The notes: generated from the letters alone by a model not told the origin. A DNA stretch of 32,000 nt from Longivirga aurantiaca (GCF_042660085.1 NZ_JBHSTI010000008.1:1299876-1331875); one strand, 5' to 3'; counted from the first letter of the stretch, positions 17,464 through 28,383 are shown. A program made the numbers and translations.

Positions 17464-18717
17464 ATGCTCACCGTGGAGCAGAACAACGAGCTCACGCAGA
17501 TCGGCCCGGGCACGCCCATGGGCGAGCTGCTCCGGCGCTACTGGTACCCCATCGCGTTCGAGCAGGACTTCGACACCGTCCCGTCCAAGACGGTGCGGCT
17601 GCTCAGCGAGGACTGGACGCTCTACAAGACCCCGAGCGGCAAGTACGGGATCATCGGCGAGAAGTGCGCGCACCGCCGCGCCTCGCTCACCTACGGCGTC
17701 GTCCACGAGGACGGCATCCGGTGCGGCTACCACGGCTGGAAGTACGACTTCGACGGCCAGTGCACCGAGCAGCCGGCCGAGGCCGACAACCAGAACTTCC
17801 GCGACCGCGTGAAGATGAAGTCGGGCAAGGCGCAGCCGATGGGCGGCCTGGTCTGGGTGTACGTCGGTCCCGACCCCGCGCCCGAGCTTCCGCGCTTCGA
17901 CGTGTTCGTGAAGGCCGGCGTCCGCGACGTCGGCTACACGGTCATCCCGTGCAACTGGCTCCAGATCATGGAGAACTCCGTCGACCCGCACCACGTCGAG
18001 TGGCTGCACGGCTACTACTTCAACTTCCTCGGTGAGACCAACGGCTTCGAGGCTCCCAAGGCCTTCCAGAAGAAGCACATGAAGACCGGCTTCGACGAGA
18101 TGGAGTGGGGCATCCTCAAGCGCCGCGTGCTCGAGGGCGGCACCGAGGAGAACGACGACTGGAAGATCGGCCACCCGCTCGTCTTCCCGTTCTACATGCG
18201 CGTCGGCGGCGCCTACATCGACCAGATGCAGATCCGCGTGCCGATCGACGAGACCCACACCTGGAAGCTCTTCTACTCCACGCACAACCCGGGAGAGAAG
18301 CTCACCACCCAGGAGCGCCCGCACGTGTACGAGTACCTCTGGAAGGACGAGGAGGGCCGGTTCATCACCGACTACATCGAGGGCCAGGACGTCATGGCCT
18401 GGGTGTCGCAGGGTGAGATCACCGACCGCACCCAGGAGCACCTCGGACGTTCGGACGCCGGTGTGGCGCTGCTGCGCAAGATGTTCAAGGAGAACATGCG
18501 CAAGGTGGCCAACGGCGAGGACCCGATCGGCACCGTCCGCTACAAGCACGACATCATCAATCTGCCCTGCGAGAAGGACAAGTTCGGCGCCGAGCGCACC
18601 TTCGCGGCAGCCTGGATCAACGGCGGCTCGATGCGGTACAGCCCGATCAAGGACGAGCTCCTGGCACTGCACGAGTCCTACTGGTCCGACCTGGAGAAGG
18701 CCGAAGCTGGTGCCTGA
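17464..18717 (+). CDS. Rieske non-heme iron aromatic oxygenase alpha subunit
   Basis: 417 aa; Rieske centre EKCAHRRASLTYGVVHEDGIRCGYHGWKYDF; mononuclear Fe motif ENSVDPHHVEWLHGYY; phthalate dioxygenase/O-demethylase-like layout. RBS GGAGGAA. Confidence 0.94.
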   Translation: MLTVEQNNELTQIGPGTPMGELLRRYWYPIAFEQDFDTVPSKTVRLLSEDWTLYKTPSGKYGIIGEKCAHRRASLTYGVVHEDGIRCGYHGWKYDFDGQCTEQPAEADNQNFRDRVKMKSGKAQPMGGLVWVYVGPDPAPELPRFDVFVKAGVRDVGYTVIPCNWLQIMENSVDPHHVEWLHGYYFNFLGETNGFEAPKAFQKKHMKTGFDEMEWGILKRRVLEGGTEENDDWKIGHPLVFPFYMRVGGAYIDQMQIRVPIDETHTWKLFYSTHNPGEKLTTQERPHVYEYLWKDEEGRFITDYIEGQDVMAWVSQGEITDRTQEHLGRSDAGVALLRKMFKENMRKVANGEDPIGTVRYKHDIINLPCEKDKFGAERTFAAAWINGGSMRYSPIKDELLALHESYWSDLEKAEAGA

Positions 18718-19006
18718 CGAGCGATCCGAGGTGGTGGCGCGGGCTGCTGACGCCGCGCCGCTGCCGGACGACCCGCACGAGCTGCCCGACCCCGGGCAGT
18801 GGTTCGCACCGGACGCCGAGCGGCACTACCTCGACCGGCCGAAGTTCTGCCCGATGTGCGCGGCTTCGATCGGCGAGCACGGCGGGATCACGACCGAGTA
18901 CTGGACCGGCGACACCCGCAACTTCATGACCTGGTGCGGGGAGTGCGGCTGGTTCGGCGAGGTGGTGCGGTTCGACCGCGTCACGATCATGGAGGAGGAG
19001 CACTGA
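18710..19006 (+). CDS. Small zinc-ribbon-like (4-Cys) protein, 98 aa
   Basis: GTG start overlapping the Rieske oxygenase stop by 8 nt; DRPKFCPMCAASIGEHGG...FMTWCGECGWFGEVVRFD (CPxC ... CxxC). The ORF track shows it only inside a longer frame starting at 18413. Confidence 0.75.
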   Translation: MPDERSEVVARAADAAPLPDDPHELPDPGQWFAPDAERHYLDRPKFCPMCAASIGEHGGITTEYWTGDTRNFMTWCGECGWFGEVVRFDRVTIMEEEH

Positions 19007-19020
19007 ACCCGGTCGCCGGC

Positions 19021-19773
19021 GTGGATGTCGAGTCCGCTGCCGAGCTGCTGGACGGTGCCCACCTGCGCGGTGTGCTGCTCGAGGCCGTCGACGTGCGCGT
19101 AGGCGGCCTCGCTGCGGCGTACGGCGTCCAGGACGCGCTCACGGCGCGCCGGATCGCCCGCGGCGCGACCCGGGTCGGGTGGAAGCTCGGGTACACCTCC
19201 GCCGTGATGCGTGCGCAGATGGGGATCTCCGAGCCCAACTTCGGTCCGCTGCTGTCGAGCATGCTGGTCGACGCGGTGGACGACCGGTTCGTGCAGCCGC
19301 GGGTCGAGCCGGAGATCGCGCTGGTCCTCGGCAGCGACCCCGGGCCCGGTGCGGGGATCGACGACGTCCTCGGCGCCTGCCGCTCGGCGCGCGTGGCGCT
19401 GGAGGTCGTCGACTCGGTCTGGACCGGCTACTCCTTCGACCTCGAGCACAACACCGCCGACGGGTCGTCGGCCGCCGGGGTGGTGCTGGGCGAGGTGATC
19501 CCGCTCGACCGGCTCGACGAGGTGGCGGTGACGATGCAGGTCGACGGCGTGGAGGTTGCCCACGGCCGCGGTGCCGACGCGTCGGGGCACCCGGCCCTCG
19601 GGATCGCATGGCTCAGCGCGCGCCTCGCCGAGCGAGGGCTGGCGCTGCACGACGGCGACGTCGTCATCACCGGGGGGCTGACGGCGGCGTACCCGCTCGA
19701 CCGGGGGTCGACGGTGGCGGCCACGTTCGCCCATGACGGGTTCGGCTCACGAACGGTGGAGGTCTCGCGGTGA
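19021..19773 (+). CDS. Third hydratase/decarboxylase (fumarylacetoacetate hydrolase-like fold) family enzyme; start uncertain
   Basis: RVGWKLGYTSAVMRAQMGISEPNFGPLLSSMLVD, VQPRVEPEIALVLGSDPG, ALEVVDSVW...SAAGVVLGEVIPLDRL, GHPALGIAWLSARLAERG. First in-frame GTG after the upstream stop is 19021; a CTG at 19003 sits immediately behind GGAGGAG. Confidence 0.87.
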   Translation: MDVESAAELLDGAHLRGVLLEAVDVRVGGLAAAYGVQDALTARRIARGATRVGWKLGYTSAVMRAQMGISEPNFGPLLSSMLVDAVDDRFVQPRVEPEIALVLGSDPGPGAGIDDVLGACRSARVALEVVDSVWTGYSFDLEHNTADGSSAAGVVLGEVIPLDRLDEVAVTMQVDGVEVAHGRGADASGHPALGIAWLSARLAERGLALHDGDVVITGGLTAAYPLDRGSTVAATFAHDGFGSRTVEVSR

Positions 19774-20414
19774 CGGCGCTCGTGCTCGACTTCGGCGGCC
19801 CGGTGCTACGCACGCCGTTCGAGCTGCTGCGCGGCGCCGAGACGCGGTTGGGGCTCGCCGACGGCGCGCTCGGCTGGACCGGGCCGTTCGATCCGTCCGT
19901 GGACGAGGACTGGCGGCTCATGCAGGGGCATGCGATCACCGAGCGCGACTACTGGCAGCGCAAGGCCGACGAGTTCGCGGCTCTCACGGGGCGCGAGGCG
20001 TCGTTCCGTGGCCTCATGGACGTGCTCTTCGACGCGCCCGAGCAGGAGCTCGTGCGGCCCGAGGCGCGGCGCCTCGCCGAGGACGCGCGGGGCGCCGGGA
20101 TCCCGGTCGCCGTGTGCACCAACGACATGCAGGCCTTCCATGGCCTCGAGTGGGTCCAGCGCAACGAGTTCCTGAAGCTTGTCGACGTGCTCGTCGACGG
20201 CTCGGTCGAGCACATCCTCAAGCCGGACCCACGGATCTACCTCATGGTGGTGGAACGGCTCGGCCTCGCCGCGGCGGACTGCGTCTTCGTCGACGACCAG
20301 CCCGGCAACGTGGCCGGTGCCGAGGCCGTGGGCATGCCGAGCGTGTGGTTCGACGTCACGGAGCCGTCGTCGTCGTACGCCGAGGCGCGCGCGCTGCTCG
20401 GGCTGGGTGCCTAG
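19770..20414 (+). CDS. HAD-superfamily hydrolase, 214 aa
   Basis: TALVLDFGGPVLRTPFELL (motif I), VCTNDMQAFHGLEW (motif II), KPDPRIYLMVVERLGLA (motif III), CVFVDDQPGNVAGAEAVGMPSVWFD (motif IV). GTG start overlapping the upstream stop (GTGA). Confidence 0.85.
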   Translation: MTALVLDFGGPVLRTPFELLRGAETRLGLADGALGWTGPFDPSVDEDWRLMQGHAITERDYWQRKADEFAALTGREASFRGLMDVLFDAPEQELVRPEARRLAEDARGAGIPVAVCTNDMQAFHGLEWVQRNEFLKLVDVLVDGSVEHILKPDPRIYLMVVERLGLAAADCVFVDDQPGNVAGAEAVGMPSVWFDVTEPSSSYAEARALLGLGA

Positions 20415-20478
20415 AGATGGCGGCGACGCGGACCGGTCTCGGCGCCTGCGCGGGGCACGTATGTGGTGGGATCGGCTC

Positions 20479-21813
20479 GTGACCTTCCGTGCAGCCGTCG
20501 TCGGCGCCGGGCCCTCGGGCCTGTACGCGGCCGACGCCCTCGCCTCCGCCGGTGTGAACGTCGACGTCATCGAGCGGCTCCCCGTCCCGTTCGGGCTCGT
20601 GCGCTACGGCGTCGCGCCCGACCACTTCTCCATCCGGTCGGTGCGCGACACCCTCGCCAAGGTGCTCGCGCGGCCCGAGGTGCGGCTGCTGGCGGGCGTC
20701 GAGGTGGGCGCAGACGTCACGGTCGACGAGCTCGTCGCGGCGTACGACGCCGTGGTGCTGACCTACGGCGCCTCGCGCGACCGGCACCTCGACGTGCCGG
20801 GCGAGGACCTGCCGGGCAGCGTCGCGGCCACCGACCTCGTGAACTGGTACTGCGGCCACCCGGACGCCGACCGCGAGCGCATCGAGGCGTCGCTGCGCGG
20901 CGTGACGAGCGCCGTCGTCGTCGGCGTGGGCAACGTGGCGGTCGACGTCGCGCGCGTGCTCGTCGCTCCGGCCGATCGGCTGGCGGCGACCGACATGCCG
21001 CAGCACGTGCTCGACGTGCTGGCCTGCACCGGCATCACCGACGTGCACGTGCTCGGCCGGCGTACCGCTGCGCACGCCAACTGGACCACGAAGGAGCTGC
21101 GCGAGCTCGGCGAGCTCGACGGCGTCGACGTCGTCTGCGGCGCGGCCGAGCTCGTGTCCGAGCCTGTGGCCGACAGGCTCGACGCGGAGGACCGCGTGGT
21201 GCACCGCAACCTCGAGGTGCTGCACGAGTGGTCGCACCGCTCGCCCACCGGGGCGCCGAGGCGGATCCACCTGCACTTCCACGCGCGTCCGGCAGAGCTG
21301 CGCGGCACCGACCGTGTCGAGACGATGGTGGTCGAGCGCACGCAGGTCGACGACGACGGCAGCGCGCACGGCACCGGCCAGACCTGGGAGCTTCCCGCGC
21401 AGCTCGTGATCCGGTCGGTCGGCTATCGCGGCCTGCCGCTCGAGGGCGTGCCGTTCGACCCTCGGCGCAACGTCGTGCGCAACGACGAGGGCCGCGTCGT
21501 CGACGAGGCCGGTGCGCAGGTGCCGGGGCTCTACGTCGCCGGATGGATCAAGCGGGGCCCCAGCGGGATCATCGGCACCAACAAGAAGGATGCCGGCGCG
21601 ACCGTGGCGCACCTGCTCGAGGACCTCGACGGTGCGGCCGAGCGCGGCGGCGACGGCGTCGTGCCCCTGCTGGCCTCGCGCGGCGTCACGCCGGTGGGCC
21701 TGTCCGGCTGGGAGTCGATCGACGCCGCCGAGCGCGCGCTCGGCGCCACCCAGGGCCGCGACCGCACCACGCTGCACACCCGCGACGCCCTGGTCGCCGC
21801 CGCCCGCCCCTGA
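20479..21813 (+). CDS. FprA-type ferredoxin--NADP(+) reductase
   Basis: VTFRAAVVGAGPSGLYAADALASAGVNVDVIERLPVPFGLVRYGVAPDHFSIRSV, SAVVVGVGNVAVDVARVL, VIRSVGYRG, VPGLYVAGWIKRGPSGIIGTNKKDA. Start may be ATG 20461 or GTG 20479. Confidence 0.93.
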   Translation: MTFRAAVVGAGPSGLYAADALASAGVNVDVIERLPVPFGLVRYGVAPDHFSIRSVRDTLAKVLARPEVRLLAGVEVGADVTVDELVAAYDAVVLTYGASRDRHLDVPGEDLPGSVAATDLVNWYCGHPDADRERIEASLRGVTSAVVVGVGNVAVDVARVLVAPADRLAATDMPQHVLDVLACTGITDVHVLGRRTAAHANWTTKELRELGELDGVDVVCGAAELVSEPVADRLDAEDRVVHRNLEVLHEWSHRSPTGAPRRIHLHFHARPAELRGTDRVETMVVERTQVDDDGSAHGTGQTWELPAQLVIRSVGYRGLPLEGVPFDPRRNVVRNDEGRVVDEAGAQVPGLYVAGWIKRGPSGIIGTNKKDAGATVAHLLEDLDGAAERGGDGVVPLLASRGVTPVGLSGWESIDAAERALGATQGRDRTTLHTRDALVAAARP

Positions 21814-21867
21814 CCGATTCGGTAGTGGAATCTCGCGGCAGAGTGCGAGATTCCACTACCGAATCGG
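21814..21867. repeat. 23-bp perfect inverted repeat (8-nt loop) filling the convergent intergenic gap
   Basis: CCGATTCGGTAGTGGAATCTCGC (21814-21836) / GCGAGATTCCACTACCGAATCGG (21845-21867), loop GGCAGAGT. Confidence 0.9.
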
Positions 21868-21871
21868 GGGT

Positions 21872-22384
21872 TCAGACGTCGCGGGGGAGGAGACGGCCGG
21901 TCTGCACGTCGTAGACCGCGCCGGCGACCGCGAGGTCCTTCGGCAGCAGGGGGTAGGCGCGGATCCGCCGCACGTCGAGCGCGAGCGCGGCCTCCTGGTC
22001 GTCGACCGTGCGGAACTCCACCGAGGCGGTCTCCACGCCGAACTCCTCGCGGATCGCGTCGTGGATCTGCTCCTCGGTGGCGTTCGCCATCTTGCAGTCG
22101 GTGTGCGGCATGACGAGCACGCGGTCGACGCCGAGGAGGTACGTCGCCAGCACGAGGGTGCGGAGCACGTCGTCGGTCACGCGGGCGCCGGCGTTGCGCA
22201 GGATCTTGACGTCGCCGTGCTTCATGCCGACGAGCGCGAGCGGCTCGATCCGGCTGTCCATGCACGTGATGATCGCGAGCCCCTGGGCGGCGCGGCCTCC
22301 GAGCTCGGAGGGGGTGTAGCGCGCGGAGTAGGCGCTGTTGCCGGCGAGCACGTCGGCGAAGGTGTCACCCGGGAACATGGTCAT
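21872..22384 (-). CDS. Beta-carbonic anhydrase-like protein
   Basis: MTMFPGDTFADVLAGNSAYSARY; ITCMDSRIEP; VLVMPHTDCKM (Cys-Asp-Ser-Arg and His-x-x-Cys zinc ligands). ORF-track start at 22777 trimmed. Confidence 0.88.
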   Translation of the reverse strand: MTMFPGDTFADVLAGNSAYSARYTPSELGGRAAQGLAIITCMDSRIEPLALVGMKHGDVKILRNAGARVTDDVLRTLVLATYLLGVDRVLVMPHTDCKMANATEEQIHDAIREEFGVETASVEFRTVDDQEAALALDVRRIRAYPLLPKDLAVAGAVYDVQTGRLLPRDV

Positions 22385-22460
22385 GCCGACGACGATACAA
22401 GAACGGACGTTCCTCTTTCCTTGTCGGGGTCGTCGCGTCCCGAGGCGTTCGGCGTCGGGC

Positions 22461-23446
22461 TCAGGCCCAGGGCTCCGCGGCCACCGGCTCGTCGGCCGCC
22501 CACGACACCACCGGCACGGCGGCCTTGCCGCACGACTCGCTGCGATCGGGGAGCGCGGAGACCACGCGCCGCACCCGGACGGTCCAGGTGCGGCCGTCGA
22601 CGTGGCGCACCTCGAGTTCGGCGACATCGTCCTGGCCGACGTACGACAGCGGCACCGGAGCGACGTGCTCGCCCACCCGACGCAGCACGTCGATGTCGTC
22701 GAGCCCGTCCACGTCGTGACCGAGGCGTACGGCGATCGCGGCCGACTGGGCCGGAGCAGCCGCCGAGCTACGACCACGCAGGTGGCCCATGGCGCCGATC
22801 CGGCCCGAGGACGCGGCGTCGAGCACCTCGGTCGCAGCGGCGAGGTCGAGGCGGCCGAAGACGTTGCCCGAGGGCAGCAGCATCGCGGTGGGTGCGAAGC
22901 GGTGGCCGCCGAGGTGGTTCACCTCGAGGACACGGCCCGCGTGCGCACCAGCCGCAAGCCCTTCTGCCAGAGGCAGCCCCGCGATCGCGCAGCAGCGGTC
23001 GCGGCGCGAGTTGGTGCAGACGAGCAGGAGCGGCGAGTCGTCCTTGGTGCCCCACGGCGGCAGCTGGCCGTGCGCGGCGTCGCGCATGACGTCGGGCAGC
23101 TCGGGCCGCAGCAGCACGGAGTCCTGAAGAACGCCGCTGCGCATGCGCACGCCGCCGGGCGCGCTGTGGGCGAACCAGAAGCGCCGGCTGGTGGTCTCCT
23201 CGTGCGCGTCGGCGTGCCGACCCGTGGTCCGCGCGAGCAGCACGGCGGTGCGGGTTCCTTCGATCGCGCGCGATAGCGCGGCGCCGACCTCGGCCGGCAG
23301 GTGCGAGTCGGTGAGGGCGACGCGGCCGTAGGGACCCGGCTGCTCGAGCACGAGCCACGCGCGGGCGAGCGGCGCCGTGCCCGGCATCGGCTCGGCGAGC
23401 CGGGCCGAGACGACCGAGCAGCGCTGGTCGTCGGTCACAGGGGTGC

Positions 23447-23450
<4 letters not shown>
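22461..23450 (-). CDS. Sucrase/ferredoxin-like family protein (thioredoxin-like ferredoxin fold)
   Basis: 329 aa from GTG 23450: [42 protein letters not shown]...[18 protein letters not shown]...[27 protein letters not shown]. Hidden in the ORF track inside a 1028-aa frame running antisense-out-of-frame through parC. Confidence 0.82.
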
Positions 23451-25951
<2,501 letters not shown>

Positions 25952-26032
25952 TGCTCCTGCGGTCGAGGTGGTCGGGGGCCAGGGTCTGGGTCTCTGCGGT
26001 CCGGGTGACAGCAGCCTCCATCATGCGCCTGC

Positions 26033-26446
26033 TCAGCGCACCGTCTGCCTCCGGACGTCCGCGGCCACGGCCGCGACCAGCAGCAGGAGGAACCCGGTGA
26101 TCGCGGCGCCGTAGGCGCCGATGCGGATGGCGGACAGCGGCACGCCGCCGGTGCTGTCGAGGGCGTTGACGAGGATCCACGCGCTCGGGACGGCGACCGC
26201 GAGCAGCGCGCCGATCACGACCAGGGCGCGCAGGTTCGTGAGGGCGCCGAGCAGGGCGACGCCGGCGGCGATCGTGAGGGGCAGGCCCATCGAGGCGAGC
26301 CACCCGGTCGCGCCGACCTCACCCGGCGAGAGCACGCTGCGCCAGGGGATGTCGATGCCGGTCACGTCCCCCACCCACGGCAGGAACTGGCAGCCCGCCA
26401 CGACGAGGGCGAGCAGCAGCGCGACGACGCGTGCGAGCGACTTCAT
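26033..26446 (-). CDS. Small predicted membrane protein
   Basis: MKSLARVVALLLALVVAGCQFLPWVG..., about four hydrophobic segments. ORF-track start at 26473 trimmed to the ATG at 26446. Confidence 0.7.
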   Translation of the reverse strand: MKSLARVVALLLALVVAGCQFLPWVGDVTGIDIPWRSVLSPGEVGATGWLASMGLPLTIAAGVALLGALTNLRALVVIGALLAVAVPSAWILVNALDSTGGVPLSAIRIGAYGAAITGFLLLLVAAVAADVRRQTVR

Positions 26447-26542
26447 GCGCGGATCCTCCCAGGTCCGGGGCATCCGCGGCGGAACCTGGGTGGCGTCCTC
26501 ACCGTGTCGCGCCGCCCACGGTCACCCACCGTGCCGCCGGTG

Positions 26543-27484
26543 TCACGGGCGGGCGCCGACGCGCGCCACGACCCGCGCCGCGGCTCGGTTGCCGCGCCCC
26601 AGCGCCACCTCGAGGTCGACGCCGTCGCACCAGGCGGGCAGGAATCCGGCCGCGAACGCGTCGCCGGCACCGGTGGTGTCGACGACGTCCACCGGGACGG
26701 CCGGCGCGTGGGCCTCGCCCTGCTCGCTGTCGACGGCGAGCGAGCCGCGCGAGCCCAGCTTCACCACGACGGTCGCAGCCGCGGAGCGCAGGGCCAGCGC
26801 GGCCTGCCGCGCACCGTCGAGCGCGGCGGCGGTGCTCTCGTCGTGCTGCGGCGCGGGCAGCCCCGCGAGCAGGGCGGCCTCCTCCTCGTTGGCGAGCAGG
26901 ACGTCGACGCCGGAGATCCACGAGAGGAACCGTGCGGCGCCGGTGTCGGCGAGCGGACCCACCGAGGCGACGTCGACGCTCGTGGTCATGCCGCGCAGGC
27001 GCGCCCGGTCGAGGGCGGACAGCCCTGCCATGCGGCTGCTGTCGACCATGAGCATGTAGCCGGACAGGTGCAGGTGGCGGCCTGCGGCGAAGAGGCCGTC
27101 GGGAAGGTCCTGCGGCGTGAGGGCCTGATTGGCGCCAGGGTCGGGCACCATCGTGCGCTCGCCGTCCGGCATCACCAGCACGATGCAGGTGCCGGTGGGC
27201 CGCTGGGCGTCGACGGCGAGGGCGCAATCGACGCCGCCCTCCTCGAGCTCCATCCGCCCGGCGCGGCCGAGGAGGTCGTCGCCGATCCTGCCCACGAACG
27301 TGGTCGTGTGGCCGTCGTGGGCCAGCCACGCAGCGGTGTTGGCAGCGGCCCCGCCGCCCATGACCCGTACGTCGGCCGGGGTGTCGGTGCCCTCGCGCAG
27401 GGCGCCGGGGAGCGAGGCGACGACGTCGGTCATGTACTGGCCGACCGACACGTACCGGCGGTCGGGGTGCGGCGCGCGGCTCAT
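26543..27484 (-). CDS. PfkB-family carbohydrate kinase, possible pseudouridine kinase partner of the adjacent glycosidase
   Basis: VMGGGAAANTAAWLAHDGHTTTFVGRIGDDLLGR, VPVDVVDTTGAGDAFAAGFLPAW. Overlaps the psuG-like gene by 4 nt. ORF-track start at 27982 trimmed. Confidence 0.9.
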   Translation of the reverse strand: MSRAPHPDRRYVSVGQYMTDVVASLPGALREGTDTPADVRVMGGGAAANTAAWLAHDGHTTTFVGRIGDDLLGRAGRMELEEGGVDCALAVDAQRPTGTCIVLVMPDGERTMVPDPGANQALTPQDLPDGLFAAGRHLHLSGYMLMVDSSRMAGLSALDRARLRGMTTSVDVASVGPLADTGAARFLSWISGVDVLLANEEEAALLAGLPAPQHDESTAAALDGARQAALALRSAAATVVVKLGSRGSLAVDSEQGEAHAPAVPVDVVDTTGAGDAFAAGFLPAWCDGVDLEVALGRGNRAAARVVARVGARP

Positions 27485-28383
27485 GCCGCTGCGGCGACGG
27501 CGATCGCGGCGGCGAGCACGGCGTTGCTGCGCACCAGCGCCACGTTGACCTCGAGGCTGCGGCCCTTGGTCGCGGTGTGGAAGAACTCGAGCAGGAACGG
27601 CGTGACGTCCTTGCCGCGCACGCCCGCCTGGTCGGCGGCCGCGAGACCGGCTACGAGCACGCTGTCGTGCAGGGTGCGGTCGAGCTCGTCCTCCGGCGCG
27701 ACCGGGTTGCAGACGATGACGCCGGCGTCGCACTCGAGCGCCGAGCGCGCGTGCATCACGGCCGCGACCTCGGCGGGGTCGTCGACCCGCCAGTCGACGG
27801 CGAACCCGGAGTCGGCGAGGTAGAAGCCGGGGAAGCGGTCGGTGCGGTAGCCCAGCACCGGCACGTTGAGGGTCTCGAGGCGCTCGAGGGTGGCGGCGAC
27901 GTCGAGGATCGACTTCACCCCGGCGCAGACGACCGTCACGGGCGTGGTCGAGAGCGTGGTCAGGTCGGCCGACTCGTCCCACGTGTCACGTGCACCGCGG
28001 TGCACGCCGCCGAGGCCGCCGGTGGCGAAGACCAGGATGCCGGCCAGATGGGCGAGGTGGGAGGTGGCCGCGACGGTGGTGGCACCGTTCCCGCGCTTGG
28101 CCACGAGCGTGCCGAGGTCGCGGACGCTGACCTTCACGACCGAGTCGTCCTCGGCAACCGTGCGCAGGGCGTCGTCGTCGAGCCCGATCCGGGGGATGCC
28201 GTCCACCACCGCGATGGTCGCGGGGACGGCGCCGCCGGAGCGCACGGAGTCCTCGATCTCGCGCGCCACCCGCAGGTTGTCCGGGCGGGGGAGGCCGTGG
28301 CTGATGATCGTGGACTCGAGGGCGACCACGGGTCGGCCCGACTCGAGGGCGTCGGCGACCTCGGGGTGGATCTGCAGGTGCAT
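27481..28383 (-). CDS. psuG: Pseudouridine-5'-phosphate glycosidase
   Basis: PVVALESTIISHGLPRPDNLRVAREIE, TVAATSHLAHLAGILVFATGGLGGVHRG, VVCAGVKSILDVAATLERLETLNVPVLGY. Confidence 0.93.
   Translation of the reverse strand: MHLQIHPEVADALESGRPVVALESTIISHGLPRPDNLRVAREIEDSVRSGGAVPATIAVVDGIPRIGLDDDALRTVAEDDSVVKVSVRDLGTLVAKRGNGATTVAATSHLAHLAGILVFATGGLGGVHRGARDTWDESADLTTLSTTPVTVVCAGVKSILDVAATLERLETLNVPVLGYRTDRFPGFYLADSGFAVDWRVDDPAEVAAVMHARSALECDAGVIVCNPVAPEDELDRTLHDSVLVAGLAAADQAGVRGKDVTPFLLEFFHTATKGRSLEVNVALVRSNAVLAAAIAVAAAA

Noticed and set aside
15509-17812. 767-aa + strand ORF overlapping the dikinase swivelling subunit
   Set aside because: Arg/Gly/Ala-rich wrong-frame translation. The 15543-17354 frame has the RBS and PEP-utilising signature.
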